Of a DNA stretch of 64,000 bases, positions 25,745 to 35,575 are shown piece by piece; position 1 is the first letter of the stretch, and every line of letters starts with the position of its first letter. Both the position numbers and the translations under genes were made by a program. This stretch comes from an uncultured Planctomycetaceae bacterium (GTDB taxonomy: Bacteria > Planctomycetota > Phycisphaerae > SM23-33), in contig CAYRZU010000007.1 in NCBI GenBank assembly GCA_964428895.1, forward strand, positions 688-64,687. Reading direction: 5' to 3'. Under the pieces are notes generated by a model. It was not told the DNA's origin. It made no database searches and saw only the letters and a program-made list of their open reading frames with translations.

Positions 25745-27514
25745 ATGAGCGCTCTGTGGATCGTAGTGGTCACGTTTGTCGGCTATATCGTGGTCTATCA
25801 CACCTACGGGCGGTTCCTGGCCCGTAAGGTGTTCGGTCTGCGCCGCGACGCACCGGTGCCGTCCATGGCGTTCCAGGACGGCGTGGACTTCGTCCCCACA
25901 CACAAGAGCGTACTGTTTGGCCACCATTACACCTCCATCGCCGGAACGGGGCCCATCGTGGGCCCGGCCATCGGCATCATCTGGGGGTGGGTGCCGGCCC
26001 TGATCTGGGTGTTTGTCGGCTCGATCGTGATGGGTGCGGTCCACGACCTCGGGGCGTTGGTGGTCTCGCTCCGCAACGAAGGCAAGTCCGTTGCGGAGAT
26101 CGCCGCCCGTTACGTCAACCGCCGCGTGCGAATCATCTTCTTCCTGATCGTCTTCCTGGCGCTGCTGATCGTGATCGCCATCTTCGGCGTCGTGGTCGCG
26201 GCGGTATTCGACATTGCCAAGACGTCCGTCATCCCCATCTGGTGCCAAATCCCCATCGCACTGCTCCTGGGTCTGGCCGTCTACCGCTGGCGGGCCAACC
26301 TGGTGCTGGCCACGGCCGTGGCGGTAGCGGTGATGTACGGCACGATCTACCTGGGAAGCCGCATCGGCGATGTCGCCATGCCGGACTTGGTGATCGGGAG
26401 TTTCTCCCTACCGAGCATGGGCGTGTGGGTGCTGATCCTGCTGGGCTACGTGTTCGTGGCCTCCACGCTGCCGGTAACGGTGCTGCTGCAGCCGCGAGAT
26501 TACATCAACGCATGGCAACTGTTCATCGCGATGGGCCTGCTGGTCACCGGTGTGGTCGCGGCGACCGTCACCGGGGACGGCCTGCCGGTGGTGGCGCCGG
26601 CGTTTCGCGCCGCCCCGCCGGGGGCGCCGCCGATTTGGCCGTTCCTGTTTGTGACCATCGCCTGCGGGGCGATTTCGGGCTTTCACTGCCTGGTGGCCTC
26701 CGGCACGTCGGTCAAACAACTCAAATGTGAGACGGACGCCCAGTTCGTCGGCTACGGGTCGATGCTACTGGAAGGCGCGCTGGCGGTGTTGGTGATCGTG
26801 GCGGTCTCGGCCGGGCTGGGTCTGGGGTACACCCACGACGGGCAAACCCTAACCGGCGCCGCCGCCTGGAACGCTCACTACGCCGAATGGCTCGGCCACG
26901 CGGGCCTGGAAGAGAAGCTCGAGGCCTTCATGATCGGCTCGGCCAACATGCTGGGTAGCTTCGGCATTCCGACGGGCGTGGCCATGGTGCTGATGGGCGT
27001 GTTTGTGGCAAGCTTCGCCGGCACGACGCTGGACACCTCCACCCGAATTCAGCGGCACGTGATCAGCGAACTGGCCACCAACTTGAAGATTCCGTTCCTG
27101 GCCAATCGTTACTGGGCGACGGCCATCGCGGTCGGCACGGCCGCGGCGCTGGCCTTTGTGACCGGGGCTTCCGGCACCGGCGCCCTGACGCTGTGGCCGA
27201 TGTTCGGCGCAGTCAACCAACTGCTGGCAGCGCTGGCGCTATTGGTGGTGACGCTCTACCTGCGACGGCGCGGTGGAGCGTGGTACCTGCTGACACTTCT
27301 GCCATGCCTGTTCATGCTGGTCATAACTGCCTGGGCCATGATCGTCAACGAAGTAACTTTTGTTGCCGCCGAGGTCACCGCGAAGATGCCGCCCTACAAG
27401 AAGTGGACGCTGGTGGTGGTCAACGCCGCGACGCTGCTACTAGCGGCGGCGATGGCGTTTGAGGCGCTGGTTACGCTGCTCCGTCGTCCGGGATCGGCGG
27501 CGGCGACAGACTGA
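25745..27514 (+). CDS. cstA: Carbon starvation protein A (CstA) family transporter
   Basis: 589 aa with a GGAGG Shine-Dalgarno. The N-terminal region matches the CstA signature (HHYTSIAGTGPIVGPAIGIIWGWVPALIWV) and there are many transmembrane helices. Confidence 0.85.
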   Translation: MSALWIVVVTFVGYIVVYHTYGRFLARKVFGLRRDAPVPSMAFQDGVDFVPTHKSVLFGHHYTSIAGTGPIVGPAIGIIWGWVPALIWVFVGSIVMGAVHDLGALVVSLRNEGKSVAEIAARYVNRRVRIIFFLIVFLALLIVIAIFGVVVAAVFDIAKTSVIPIWCQIPIALLLGLAVYRWRANLVLATAVAVAVMYGTIYLGSRIGDVAMPDLVIGSFSLPSMGVWVLILLGYVFVASTLPVTVLLQPRDYINAWQLFIAMGLLVTGVVAATVTGDGLPVVAPAFRAAPPGAPPIWPFLFVTIACGAISGFHCLVASGTSVKQLKCETDAQFVGYGSMLLEGALAVLVIVAVSAGLGLGYTHDGQTLTGAAAWNAHYAEWLGHAGLEEKLEAFMIGSANMLGSFGIPTGVAMVLMGVFVASFAGTTLDTSTRIQRHVISELATNLKIPFLANRYWATAIAVGTAAALAFVTGASGTGALTLWPMFGAVNQLLAALALLVVTLYLRRRGGAWYLLTLLPCLFMLVITAWAMIVNEVTFVAAEVTAKMPPYKKWTLVVVNAATLLLAAAMAFEALVTLLRRPGSAAATD

Positions 27515-28097
27515 CGGCCGGCGGCTCTCGCACGGCGGCGGATTCGACCTCGAAGAAATCCTCCCGCGTGAAACCGAACATCCCGGCGACCAGGTTCGAC
27601 GGGACCGTCGCCACCTTGGTGTTCATCTCCCGGACGTTGGCGTTGTAGAACCGCCGGGCTGCCTGGATGCGGTCTTCGGTGTTGGCCAACTCCTTCTGCA
27701 GATGCAGGAAGTTGTCGCTGGCTTTGAGCTGGGGGTAGTTTTCCGAGACCGCAAACAGGTGTCGCAACGCACCGACCAGCATGTTCTCATCCCGGGCCTG
27801 ACTGGCCGGCGACCCGGTCGACGCCACCGCCTGTGTTCGGGCGGCGACCACGGCTTCCAGCGTCTCTCGTTCGTGGGTGGCGTAGGCTTTGACGGTGTCG
27901 ACCAAGTTGGGGACCAGGTCGTAACGGCGGCGCAGCTCGGCGTCCACGTCCGACCAGCTCTCGCGACACCGCACCCGCAGGCGCACCAGGCCGTTGTAGG
28001 TCCCCACGAACCAGACCAGCACAATCAGAACCGGAATGAGCAAGACAAGTGCGGCCGAGCCGGGCACATGCTGGGCAAGGCTTTCCCAGGGAAACAT
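27471..28097 (-). CDS. lemA: LemA family protein
   Basis: 208 aa with an N-terminal transmembrane helix, followed by the LemA signature NGLVRLR...SWSDVD...RRYDLVPNLV...ENYPQLKASDNF. Its 3' end overlaps the cstA 3' end by 44 nt (convergent). Confidence 0.85.
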   Translation of the reverse strand: MFPWESLAQHVPGSAALVLLIPVLIVLVWFVGTYNGLVRLRVRCRESWSDVDAELRRRYDLVPNLVDTVKAYATHERETLEAVVAARTQAVASTGSPASQARDENMLVGALRHLFAVSENYPQLKASDNFLHLQKELANTEDRIQAARRFYNANVREMNTKVATVPSNLVAGMFGFTREDFFEVESAAVREPPAVSLSPPPIPDDGAA

Positions 28098-28100
28098 GGC

Positions 28101-28769
28101 CTAGGCCTCCTGCGCCTGTTGGGCGACAAGGTAATCTGGAAAGGACTGGAATAGATCGCGCACCAATCGGATGGCGTCATCAAAATCGGCCGGCTGAAGG
28201 CAACGATCGTGCCAGACGATCGCCGTCGTCGTGTGGAACTCGACAGCGTACCGGGGACCCGCCATCAGGAGTTCCATCGCCCGCGGATGCAGCACGTCGT
28301 AGGCCCAGCGGCGGTCATTGGCTTTGACAAAGAACTGACGGCTGAAGTCCTCCGACTCGAAATCGATGTCGTCGAACCCCACCATCGACGCCAGCTTATC
28401 AAAGAAGCCCTCCGGGCGGATGACCAAGCCCTTCAACGGGAAGGGCGAATCCAGAATGACGGCTGAGAAGGTGTAGGTGTGTTGGTCCTTGCCCGAGCCG
28501 GTGGTGTAGCGGTAGTCGAAGGCGATCAGCCTCTCGCCGCCGGCGTTGCCGTCGACAATATTGTAGGCGTGGCGGCTGTGACCGCGTTGAAGGCAACTGA
28601 AGGGGTGACACTCGTCGAAGTCGCCATCCTTGCCCGCCCGCATTCGCCACCCGTTGGCGGCGGCCCACTGGCGGAGGAGTTCGGCCCGACGATGGGCGGC
28701 CCGCAGCGCGATCACGATAATGACAACGACAACGGCCACCACGAAGATGAAGACAGGGAAACCGGCCAC
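28101..28769 (-). CDS. Hypothetical membrane-anchored protein, LemA-associated (possibly DUF3137-like)
   Basis: GTG start with a GGGGGAGG Shine-Dalgarno. It has an N-terminal transmembrane helix (FPVFIFVVAVVVVIIVIAL). It ends 3 nt before the lemA start. The family assignment is a guess. Confidence 0.45.
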   Translation of the reverse strand: MAGFPVFIFVVAVVVVIIVIALRAAHRRAELLRQWAAANGWRMRAGKDGDFDECHPFSCLQRGHSRHAYNIVDGNAGGERLIAFDYRYTTGSGKDQHTYTFSAVILDSPFPLKGLVIRPEGFFDKLASMVGFDDIDFESEDFSRQFFVKANDRRWAYDVLHPRAMELLMAGPRYAVEFHTTTAIVWHDRCLQPADFDDAIRLVRDLFQSFPDYLVAQQAQEA

Positions 28770-28792
28770 AGCCCATGCCTCCCCCGGGCCGC

Positions 28793-29209
28793 CTACAACC
28801 CTTGCAGCACGCGGCGGGCGGCGCCGGATTCAGTTTTGCAATCGAACGCCACGTACGCGATGAAGTGCCGGCCTGCCGACGTGGTGCTCATACCGGCGAT
28901 GTTAACACCCGCGTCGGCCAGGCTCTGAGTGATCAGCGATCCGACGCCGGGCTTATCCATGCCTTCCACCCGCAGCACACACACGTCCGCGTCCTGGACG
29001 AAGCCCGCCCGCTTGGCCGCCTGGATCTGCTTGCTGCCCTTCAGCGGCGCCACGTAGACCTGCCCGGCGTGCGCGGTGGTGCGACGGCACAGAAGGAAGT
29101 CCAGGTTCGCGCCGGCATCGGTGAGCTGTTCCAACTTCGTCGCCAACGCGCCGGGCTTGTCCTGGAGTTTCGAGGACCAAACGGTTACGGGCGTAATCTC
29201 AAGCTTCAT
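28793..29209 (-). CDS. ACT-domain-containing protein
   Basis: Start at ATG 29207-29209 (MKLEITPVTVWSSKLQDKPGALA...) with a GGAGA Shine-Dalgarno 8 nt upstream. It has two ACT-like beta-alpha-beta-beta-alpha-beta units, with G-rich loops DKPGALA and DKPGVGS. The long track ORF extends 5' into Gly-rich nonsense. Confidence 0.6.
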   Translation of the reverse strand: MKLEITPVTVWSSKLQDKPGALATKLEQLTDAGANLDFLLCRRTTAHAGQVYVAPLKGSKQIQAAKRAGFVQDADVCVLRVEGMDKPGVGSLITQSLADAGVNIAGMSTTSAGRHFIAYVAFDCKTESGAARRVLQGL

Positions 29210-29353
29210 CGTGCGTGTCTCCGGTACGGCCAGTTGCGCCGTCGAGGTGACCGGGAGTATACCACCGCCCTCCCCTTGCGTCACGCCGACAAACGACGAC
29301 CATATGGGTACAATGAACTGGGCCCCGATTCCGCCTGACCAAGGAGACCGACC

Positions 29354-29761
29354 ATGCGAATCGTCCTGCTTGCCGTTGCCGCCAGCCTCGCCTTGTTCGC
29401 CGCGTCCTGCGACAATCAGCAGTTCGAGCAGGACGGCATCCTCACCCTCACCGCCGCCGACACCGACCAGACCAAGGCCCTCACCGTTGGCGAGGCCGTC
29501 CAGATCGAACTGGCCGGAAACGCCACCACCGGGTATCGCTGGGAAGTCCAGGCGATCGAGGGCACGGCCGTCCGACACGAGGAGACACTCTACGAGCCGG
29601 AGCAAACCGACCGCGTCGGCTCGGGCGGCCTATTCGTGGTGAAGTTCACCGCCGTCGAGGCCGGGGCCGCCACGGTGCAACTGGCCTATCGCCGACCGTG
29701 GGAGACCGATGCCGAGCCGGCCGAGACCTTCACCGCCACCTTCAACGTCAAGGCGGAATAG
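29354..29761 (+). CDS. Chagasin-family peptidase inhibitor I42 lipoprotein
   Basis: AAGGAG Shine-Dalgarno. Lipobox LALFAASC. The chagasin signature NATTGYRWEV (NxTTGYxW) is present. About 135 aa, consistent with the Ig-like fold. Confidence 0.8.
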   Translation: MRIVLLAVAASLALFAASCDNQQFEQDGILTLTAADTDQTKALTVGEAVQIELAGNATTGYRWEVQAIEGTAVRHEETLYEPEQTDRVGSGGLFVVKFTAVEAGAATVQLAYRRPWETDAEPAETFTATFNVKAE

Positions 29762-29775
29762 TCACGCTGCCGGGC

Positions 29776-31203
29776 CTAGATGGTGTGAACCACCACGGTG
29801 TTGATCGTTCCGCTCTTGCCCAGCGGGCGGCCGGAAACGACCAGGACTTTCTCGCCCGCCTTGGCCCAGCGGAGGCGGCGGATTTCCTTGCCGGCGATGG
29901 CCAGCACTTCCCGCGTGTGCTCACACGCCGGCGCCAGGCGACCCAGCACACCATAGAGCAGGCACATCTGCTGGGCGACGCGCTGCGACCGCGTCAGACC
30001 CAGAATCGGAACGGGCAGTTGCATCTTCGACAGCGCCACCGCCGTGCCGCCGGAGATTGTCAGCACGGCCACGGCCTTGACCGCGTCGTGGGCCACCAGC
30101 GACCGGACAGCCTCGGCAATCGCCAACAGATTACCAGCGTCGGAGTCGGCGTGGAGCCTCGGCCCGTACTGACGCTGGTCGCAGACCTCGGCCTGGAACG
30201 CGTCGGCCTTAGCGACCACGCGCTCCATCATCTGCACCGCTCGGGCCGGGTACTTGCCGATGGCGGTCTCCCCCGAAAGCATCACCGCATCGGCCCCATC
30301 CAATGCAGCGTTGGCCACGTCGGAGACCTCCGCGCGGGTCGGGCTGGGATGCTCGGTCATGCTCTCCAGCATCTGGGTCGCCACAATGCACACCTTGCCC
30401 GCCCGGGAGGCATGGTGGACGAGCCGTTTCTGGGCGATGGGCACTTCCGGAAGGCTCATCTCCACCCCCAAATCGCCGCGCGCAACCATAATGCCGTCGG
30501 CGGCGTCGAGGATGGCGTGGATATTCCGTAGGGCCTGGGGCTTTTCGATCTTGGCGATGATCTTGGCGTCGCTGCCGCCGGCGCGGAGGATCTTCCGAAG
30601 CTGCTTGACGTCCGCGGCGCGGCTGACGAAAGATAGCGCCACGTAGTCAACGTCCTGCTTGGCCAGCCAGCGGGCGTCGGATCGGTCCTTTTCCGTCAGG
30701 GCCGACAGCTTCAGGTTGGTCTTGGGCACATTTACGCCCTTGCCGCTAGCGAGGATGCCGCCGACCACCACCTGACACTGCAGGTTCTTGCCGGCCTCGC
30801 GGTCGACCACCTTCAACTCGATCTTGCCGTCGTCCAGCCGGATGCGATGGCCGATCCGGGCCGCATCGATCAGTTCCGGCAAGGTAGTGCTGATCTTTCG
30901 GGCCGTGCCGACAATCGCCTTTCGCTGAATCGTCAGCTCCGCGCCTTCAGCCAGCAGAGCGCTGCCGCCGGTGATCTTGCCCACGCGGATTTTCGGCCCG
31001 CATAGGTCGGCCATCACGCCCAGCGGCTCGCCGACTTCCTTGGAGACGTTTCGGACGCATTTAAGCATTCGTGCATGGTCGTCCCGGTGGCCGTGGGAGA
31101 AGTTCAGCCGAAAGACATCCGCCCCGGCCCGGACCAGCCGCCGCAACATCGGCAGTTCGCCACTGGCCGGACCCAGCGTTGAAACGATCTTCGTCCTGAT
31201 CAT
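29776..31203 (-). CDS. pyk: Pyruvate kinase
   Basis: Start at ATG 31201-31203 (MIRTKIVSTLGPAS...) with an AAGGGAG Shine-Dalgarno. Motifs present are RLNFSHG and the MVARGDLGVE region. Confidence 0.9.
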   Translation of the reverse strand: MIRTKIVSTLGPASGELPMLRRLVRAGADVFRLNFSHGHRDDHARMLKCVRNVSKEVGEPLGVMADLCGPKIRVGKITGGSALLAEGAELTIQRKAIVGTARKISTTLPELIDAARIGHRIRLDDGKIELKVVDREAGKNLQCQVVVGGILASGKGVNVPKTNLKLSALTEKDRSDARWLAKQDVDYVALSFVSRAADVKQLRKILRAGGSDAKIIAKIEKPQALRNIHAILDAADGIMVARGDLGVEMSLPEVPIAQKRLVHHASRAGKVCIVATQMLESMTEHPSPTRAEVSDVANAALDGADAVMLSGETAIGKYPARAVQMMERVVAKADAFQAEVCDQRQYGPRLHADSDAGNLLAIAEAVRSLVAHDAVKAVAVLTISGGTAVALSKMQLPVPILGLTRSQRVAQQMCLLYGVLGRLAPACEHTREVLAIAGKEIRRLRWAKAGEKVLVVSGRPLGKSGTINTVVVHTI

Positions 31204-31343
31204 CAGAGCGTGGCTCCCTTGACGGCCCGTCCGTCGGTTAGGCTTCGAAGATAGCCCCTGACGGGCAAGGGGGCAAGGCTTGCCCGTTGCAGCCGGGCGG
31301 CGGAGTCCGTATACTGACGATCTTTGCTGGGAAGGAAAAGACG

Positions 31344-31481
31344 ATGGGACGTAGACGCGACCGTAAAGATCAGCGACTGGAAAACCAGATAGCGACTCGC
31401 CGCAAGAACGCGAAGCGCAAGGAACGTGAACGCGCCCGCAAGGCGGCCAAAGCCGCCGCTGCCGCCGAAGCCGCCGCCTGA
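31344..31481 (+). CDS. Hypothetical small highly basic protein (45 aa, Arg/Lys/Ala-rich)
   Basis: ATG at 31344 is preceded by GGAAGGAAAAG. The product is MGRRRDRKDQRLENQIATRRKNAKRKERERARKAAKAAAAAEAAA. No family recognised. Confidence 0.4.
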   Translation: MGRRRDRKDQRLENQIATRRKNAKRKERERARKAAKAAAAAEAAA

Positions 31482-31561
31482 GGTCGTTCTGAATCGCCAC
31501 CAGGCCGTTGCAGCCCGCTATGGCCTGCGCTTGGTCTCGCGCGCCCATCGATAGCGGTTCT

Positions 31562-34500
31562 ATGAGGGGCTTGAAGACATCCGTCGCCGTTGCGCTGGTG
31601 TTGTCGGTCCTGGCTCTGGCGCCGACGGCGTCCGCGGCCGGCCCGGCCACTGCCGCCGATCTGGCCGACCAGCGCCAGGCGATCTGGTCGGCCGAACTCC
31701 TGGCCGCCTACGCCGCCGCCGAATCCGACCCCCCAGAGCCGTGGGACGCCGACGCCCGAGCTTTCCTGGCCAACATCGCCCGGTGGCTGGCCGCCGATGC
31801 CGATCTGCCCCGAGCTGTCCCCGCCGCCACGCTCGAAGCCGCCGGCCGGACGCTGCTCGCCAACGGCTGTGACAATCCGGCAATCTGGGGCGCCTACGGC
31901 CTGGTCCTCGCCAAGCAAGGCCTGTACGGCGAGGCCGCGGCGATTTTGGCCGAGGCCATTGCCGCGACCGACGACCTCGCCGCCGCCGACCTGCTGCGCG
32001 GCCTTCTGGCCGGGGCCCAGTCCGAAGCAATGAAGCGGCTGGGTGAGCCCGACCTGGCCACCCACTACATCCGGCAGGCCTCCAGCCATTTCGCCCGAGC
32101 GCTCGGCCAGACCTACGCCCGCGACGACCACCAACGCGCCGTGCTGCAGCTGATCCGCCGCCATTGGTTCGACGCCTTGCCGGTCGACGGAAAATGGATA
32201 TTCCTCCAGCGTTGTGAGGATCGGAACGATACGCCGGTGTGGACGTTTCGAATGTTAGGCGGGCTCTACCTAGCGGCCAACGCCGACGTCGTCATCGACC
32301 AGAGCCTTGCCCCCGCCGGCGGGGGGGAGGTCGCCGCCCAGCCCGGGTGGCAAGCCATGAGCGTCTTCGCAGCCGCCTTGGACGACCGGGCCGACCGACC
32401 CGAGGCCGCCGCCGAAATCCTCCGCCTGGTGGCCCATCGGCTGGTCCTGAGCTCCGTTGATCCGGGAGCGATCTTCACACGAGGCGCCGCAGCCCAACGG
32501 GATTACCGGCCGATCTATGCCAATTTCGCCGCCGCCCGTGAGAGCCTATCCCTCTGGCGCGACTACGACAAGACTGCCGATGCCCTGAGCATCTTCGCCG
32601 CCTATTGCCTCCGGTCCGGCTACAATTCCGCGGCTCCCACGCTGACCTACCCGCTCATTCTCCAAGCGGGACAGTTGCGGGGTCGCGGCGCCCGCGCCAG
32701 TCTGAACCAACCGGCCAACCAGGACAGCATGGACCGACTTACAGCCGGCTACGCCGCCGAGGACCTCGACGCCCCCGTGGCGGCCCGGGTGCGGCTGATC
32801 GCCGCCGCCGCTGCCTTCGCCCGGGGGCAGTGGCCCCAAGCTCGCGCCCAGTTGGACGCGATACCCCATCTGACCGACCACTCGGAGATGATCGACCAGA
32901 TCCTCGGCGTCTTCAACATGCCGGCCGCGGCTGTGGTGGGCCGTATCTATGCCGAGACCTCCGATCACGCCGACGCCCTGGCCGACGCCCGGCGACAGGT
33001 CCGCGCCGAGGAGTATGACCAGGCTGTGGCTTCGCTTCACGCGATCGCCGCCCAGAACCACGACAACGGCTGGGTGATGGCCTATCTGCGGCATGCCGTT
33101 CGCCATGTCCTGATTACCCGGGATCTCAAGGCCGGCGGCTGGGTCTCCATCGCCCCCTTCCCCGATCAGCGGTACTGGCGGACCGACCGCGGACGAGCCT
33201 GGGTCGATTCGACCGGTGATTGGGTCGCCGATCCCAAGGCCGGGCCCACCGCCGCCGTTTGCACCACGCCGTTCGGTCCGCGCGTGGAGTTGCGAGCGGA
33301 TGTGGACTTGGGTCCCGATCATGCCGGCGCCACCGCACTTCTGTTCGGATACGAGGGCTGGTTGAGTCGCTGGCACGCCGTGGTGCTCGACGGCAAGACG
33401 CAATCCCTCGACGTTCGCCGATGTTGGCCGGCCCCCAGGCCCAACACACTCACCGCCGGGCTCGAGGCTGTCAGCCGAGTCAACCTTCTTCTCGATCGGG
33501 GGGAGATTACCCTCTACGTCAACGACAAGGCCGTCGTGTCCGGCTGGCGACCGGGCCCCTGGCGGACCGACCTGCTTGCACTCATGGGCTTGGCCGTCGG
33601 ATCGGCAGGAGCCGACCAACCACTCGCCCGGGCCCGCAACGTCCAAGTCCGTCGATTGCCCGATGACGCCACCGGTGACAATCGCGACGCCACCAGTGAC
33701 CCCGTCGCCCCCATCGACCCGACCTTTGCCGGCTACGACGACCTGCCGACCACCGACCAGCAGAACCGGACCGTCGTGGCCGGCGCAGCCGACGGCGATG
33801 AGGCCAGCGATCACTGCCCCGGGCCCGGTTGGCTGGCTGGGTTGCGAATCGCCATCACGTCCGATTCCACCGGCCCGGGGGTTGAAGCCGTTGAACCGGT
33901 CTACCAAACGCCCATCGGCCTACGCAACGGGCGACGGTTCGGGCAAGGCCGAGCCCCTCTCGTCGACGTGCTCGCCCGAGACGGCTTCGCGCTCGGCGGG
34001 CTGGTGGTTCACGGCCACGACGGCGTGACCGGCCTGCAGGCAATCTTCCTGCGAATCAACGCCGACGGGACATTGGATGCCGGGACCCGCTACCACAGCC
34101 AGCTATACGGCCGCCCGTCCGATGCACCCCAGCAACTGGGCGTTGACGGCCGGGCCGTCATGGGCATCGTCGGCCGCGTCGGCCCAGACCTGCGAGCGAT
34201 CGGACTGATCACCACCGACGCGCCCAACATCGCCGGGCAGACCATCCGCCCGCCGCTGGGCCTCGGGCTAGTGGCGCCGGCCAAGCCGAATCTGGTCCCC
34301 ATCGGTGACACCGTGACGGAGCTCAACGGCCTCTACTATCGCCATGTCGACCTGCCCGTCAGCTTGGCCGAGGCCCAGCGACGATGTGAAGCGCTCGGCG
34401 GGCGACTGGCCATCGCCGACAGTCGCGCCCTCAGCAACTTCCTGTTCGGCCTGGCCGACGGCCAGCCCTGCTGGGTGGGCGTAACCCGAACGGCTGCCGG

Positions 34501-35575
34501 CGCCTGGCAAGGTGTGGACGGCCGACCTGTCGCCCTGGACTACTGGGTCGGCGACCCGCCCGCCGAGCCGGCCCCCGGCGCCGCAGCCGCGATTGGCTTC
34601 GATGGCGAGGCCGCCTGGGCCCTCACCAGCCCTCACGCGCGGCGGAGCTTCGTCTGCCAATGGGATGCCGATCCGCGCGTCGACCCCGAGCCCGTACCGG
34701 CCGGGCCGGTCGTCGAAATGGTCGGCCATGACGTTATCTACGACGGCCATCGATATCGCGCGTTCGATCAACCAACCACCTGGCCGGAAGCCATGGCCAT
34801 ATGTCGCCAACTCGGCGGCGACCTAGTTACCATCGACAGCGAGGCCGAGAACCAAGCGGTCACCTTGCTGGTCGGCGACCGTCGCTATTTCATCGGCGCG
34901 ACCGACGAAGCCGAGGAAGGCTACTGGCAGTGGGTGGACGGCCGACCGGTCGAATACGCCGCCTGGGCCGACGGCGAGCCCAACAACATGGGCGGACAGC
35001 AGCACGTGGCCCTGATCGGTCACGTCGCGCCCCACGCCTGGGACGATCTCAATCCCGCCGAGCCGATCGGCTTTATCTGCGAATGGTCGGACGCGTCCGC
35101 CCAGCCCCCGGATGCACCCGGCCCGCTGCCCGTCGACACCACGGGTGCTTTCAAATTCGGCGAACACTGGTACAAGGTTTTCTACGAGGCCGTCACCTGG
35201 AACGAAGCTCGCGCCGCCTGCGATCGCCTGGGCGGGCGGTTGACCCGTGTCGAAGACGAACCCACGCGCGAATTGGTCCGGATGCTGGCGCGGCCAGACC
35301 GACCCTTGTGGATCGGCGCGTCTCGACCCGACAAGGTCCTCCCCTGGGTCTGGACCGATGGCACCGTGATCGAAAGCTGGGAGACGCCCAATGGGACCGA
35401 CGAGCTCATCGCCGCCGTCGTCGGTTTGGCCAGAGACGGCCGTTGGCAGATCGTCGTCGGGTCCAAGAGGCACGGCTCCGTCTGCCAGTGGAACACCGAC
35501 CCCAGCGCAACCACCCGGCCCGACCCGGCCCCGGAGAGCACCCATGACCCCGCCGAACAGCCCCCAACAGATTGA
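31562..35575 (+). CDS. Large secreted protein with three tandem C-terminal C-type lectin-like domains
   Basis: Signal peptide MRGLKTSVAVALVLSVLALAPTASAAG. The three C-type lectin-like domains contain CEALGGRLA...WVGV...CQW, CRQLGGDLV...EPNNMGGQQHVALI...WDD...CEW, and CDRLGGRLT...CQW. The central domain has the EPN/WDD Ca-mannose-type motifs. The N-terminal 900 aa is Ala/Leu-rich and unassigned. Confidence 0.75.
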   Translation: MRGLKTSVAVALVLSVLALAPTASAAGPATAADLADQRQAIWSAELLAAYAAAESDPPEPWDADARAFLANIARWLAADADLPRAVPAATLEAAGRTLLANGCDNPAIWGAYGLVLAKQGLYGEAAAILAEAIAATDDLAAADLLRGLLAGAQSEAMKRLGEPDLATHYIRQASSHFARALGQTYARDDHQRAVLQLIRRHWFDALPVDGKWIFLQRCEDRNDTPVWTFRMLGGLYLAANADVVIDQSLAPAGGGEVAAQPGWQAMSVFAAALDDRADRPEAAAEILRLVAHRLVLSSVDPGAIFTRGAAAQRDYRPIYANFAAARESLSLWRDYDKTADALSIFAAYCLRSGYNSAAPTLTYPLILQAGQLRGRGARASLNQPANQDSMDRLTAGYAAEDLDAPVAARVRLIAAAAAFARGQWPQARAQLDAIPHLTDHSEMIDQILGVFNMPAAAVVGRIYAETSDHADALADARRQVRAEEYDQAVASLHAIAAQNHDNGWVMAYLRHAVRHVLITRDLKAGGWVSIAPFPDQRYWRTDRGRAWVDSTGDWVADPKAGPTAAVCTTPFGPRVELRADVDLGPDHAGATALLFGYEGWLSRWHAVVLDGKTQSLDVRRCWPAPRPNTLTAGLEAVSRVNLLLDRGEITLYVNDKAVVSGWRPGPWRTDLLALMGLAVGSAGADQPLARARNVQVRRLPDDATGDNRDATSDPVAPIDPTFAGYDDLPTTDQQNRTVVAGAADGDEASDHCPGPGWLAGLRIAITSDSTGPGVEAVEPVYQTPIGLRNGRRFGQGRAPLVDVLARDGFALGGLVVHGHDGVTGLQAIFLRINADGTLDAGTRYHSQLYGRPSDAPQQLGVDGRAVMGIVGRVGPDLRAIGLITTDAPNIAGQTIRPPLGLGLVAPAKPNLVPIGDTVTELNGLYYRHVDLPVSLAEAQRRCEALGGRLAIADSRALSNFLFGLADGQPCWVGVTRTAAGAWQGVDGRPVALDYWVGDPPAEPAPGAAAAIGFDGEAAWALTSPHARRSFVCQWDADPRVDPEPVPAGPVVEMVGHDVIYDGHRYRAFDQPTTWPEAMAICRQLGGDLVTIDSEAENQAVTLLVGDRRYFIGATDEAEEGYWQWVDGRPVEYAAWADGEPNNMGGQQHVALIGHVAPHAWDDLNPAEPIGFICEWSDASAQPPDAPGPLPVDTTGAFKFGEHWYKVFYEAVTWNEARAACDRLGGRLTRVEDEPTRELVRMLARPDRPLWIGASRPDKVLPWVWTDGTVIESWETPNGTDELIAAVVGLARDGRWQIVVGSKRHGSVCQWNTDPSATTRPDPAPESTHDPAEQPPTD

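Noticed and set aside
25130-26248. 372-aa antisense ORF across the MBL hydrolase/cstA junction
   Set aside because: Shadow frame. cstA and the MBL gene are well supported on the plus strand.
32546-33907. 453-aa antisense ORF inside the lectin gene
   Set aside because: A Gly/Pro/Arg-rich shadow frame. The plus-strand frame has a signal peptide and folded C-type lectin domains.
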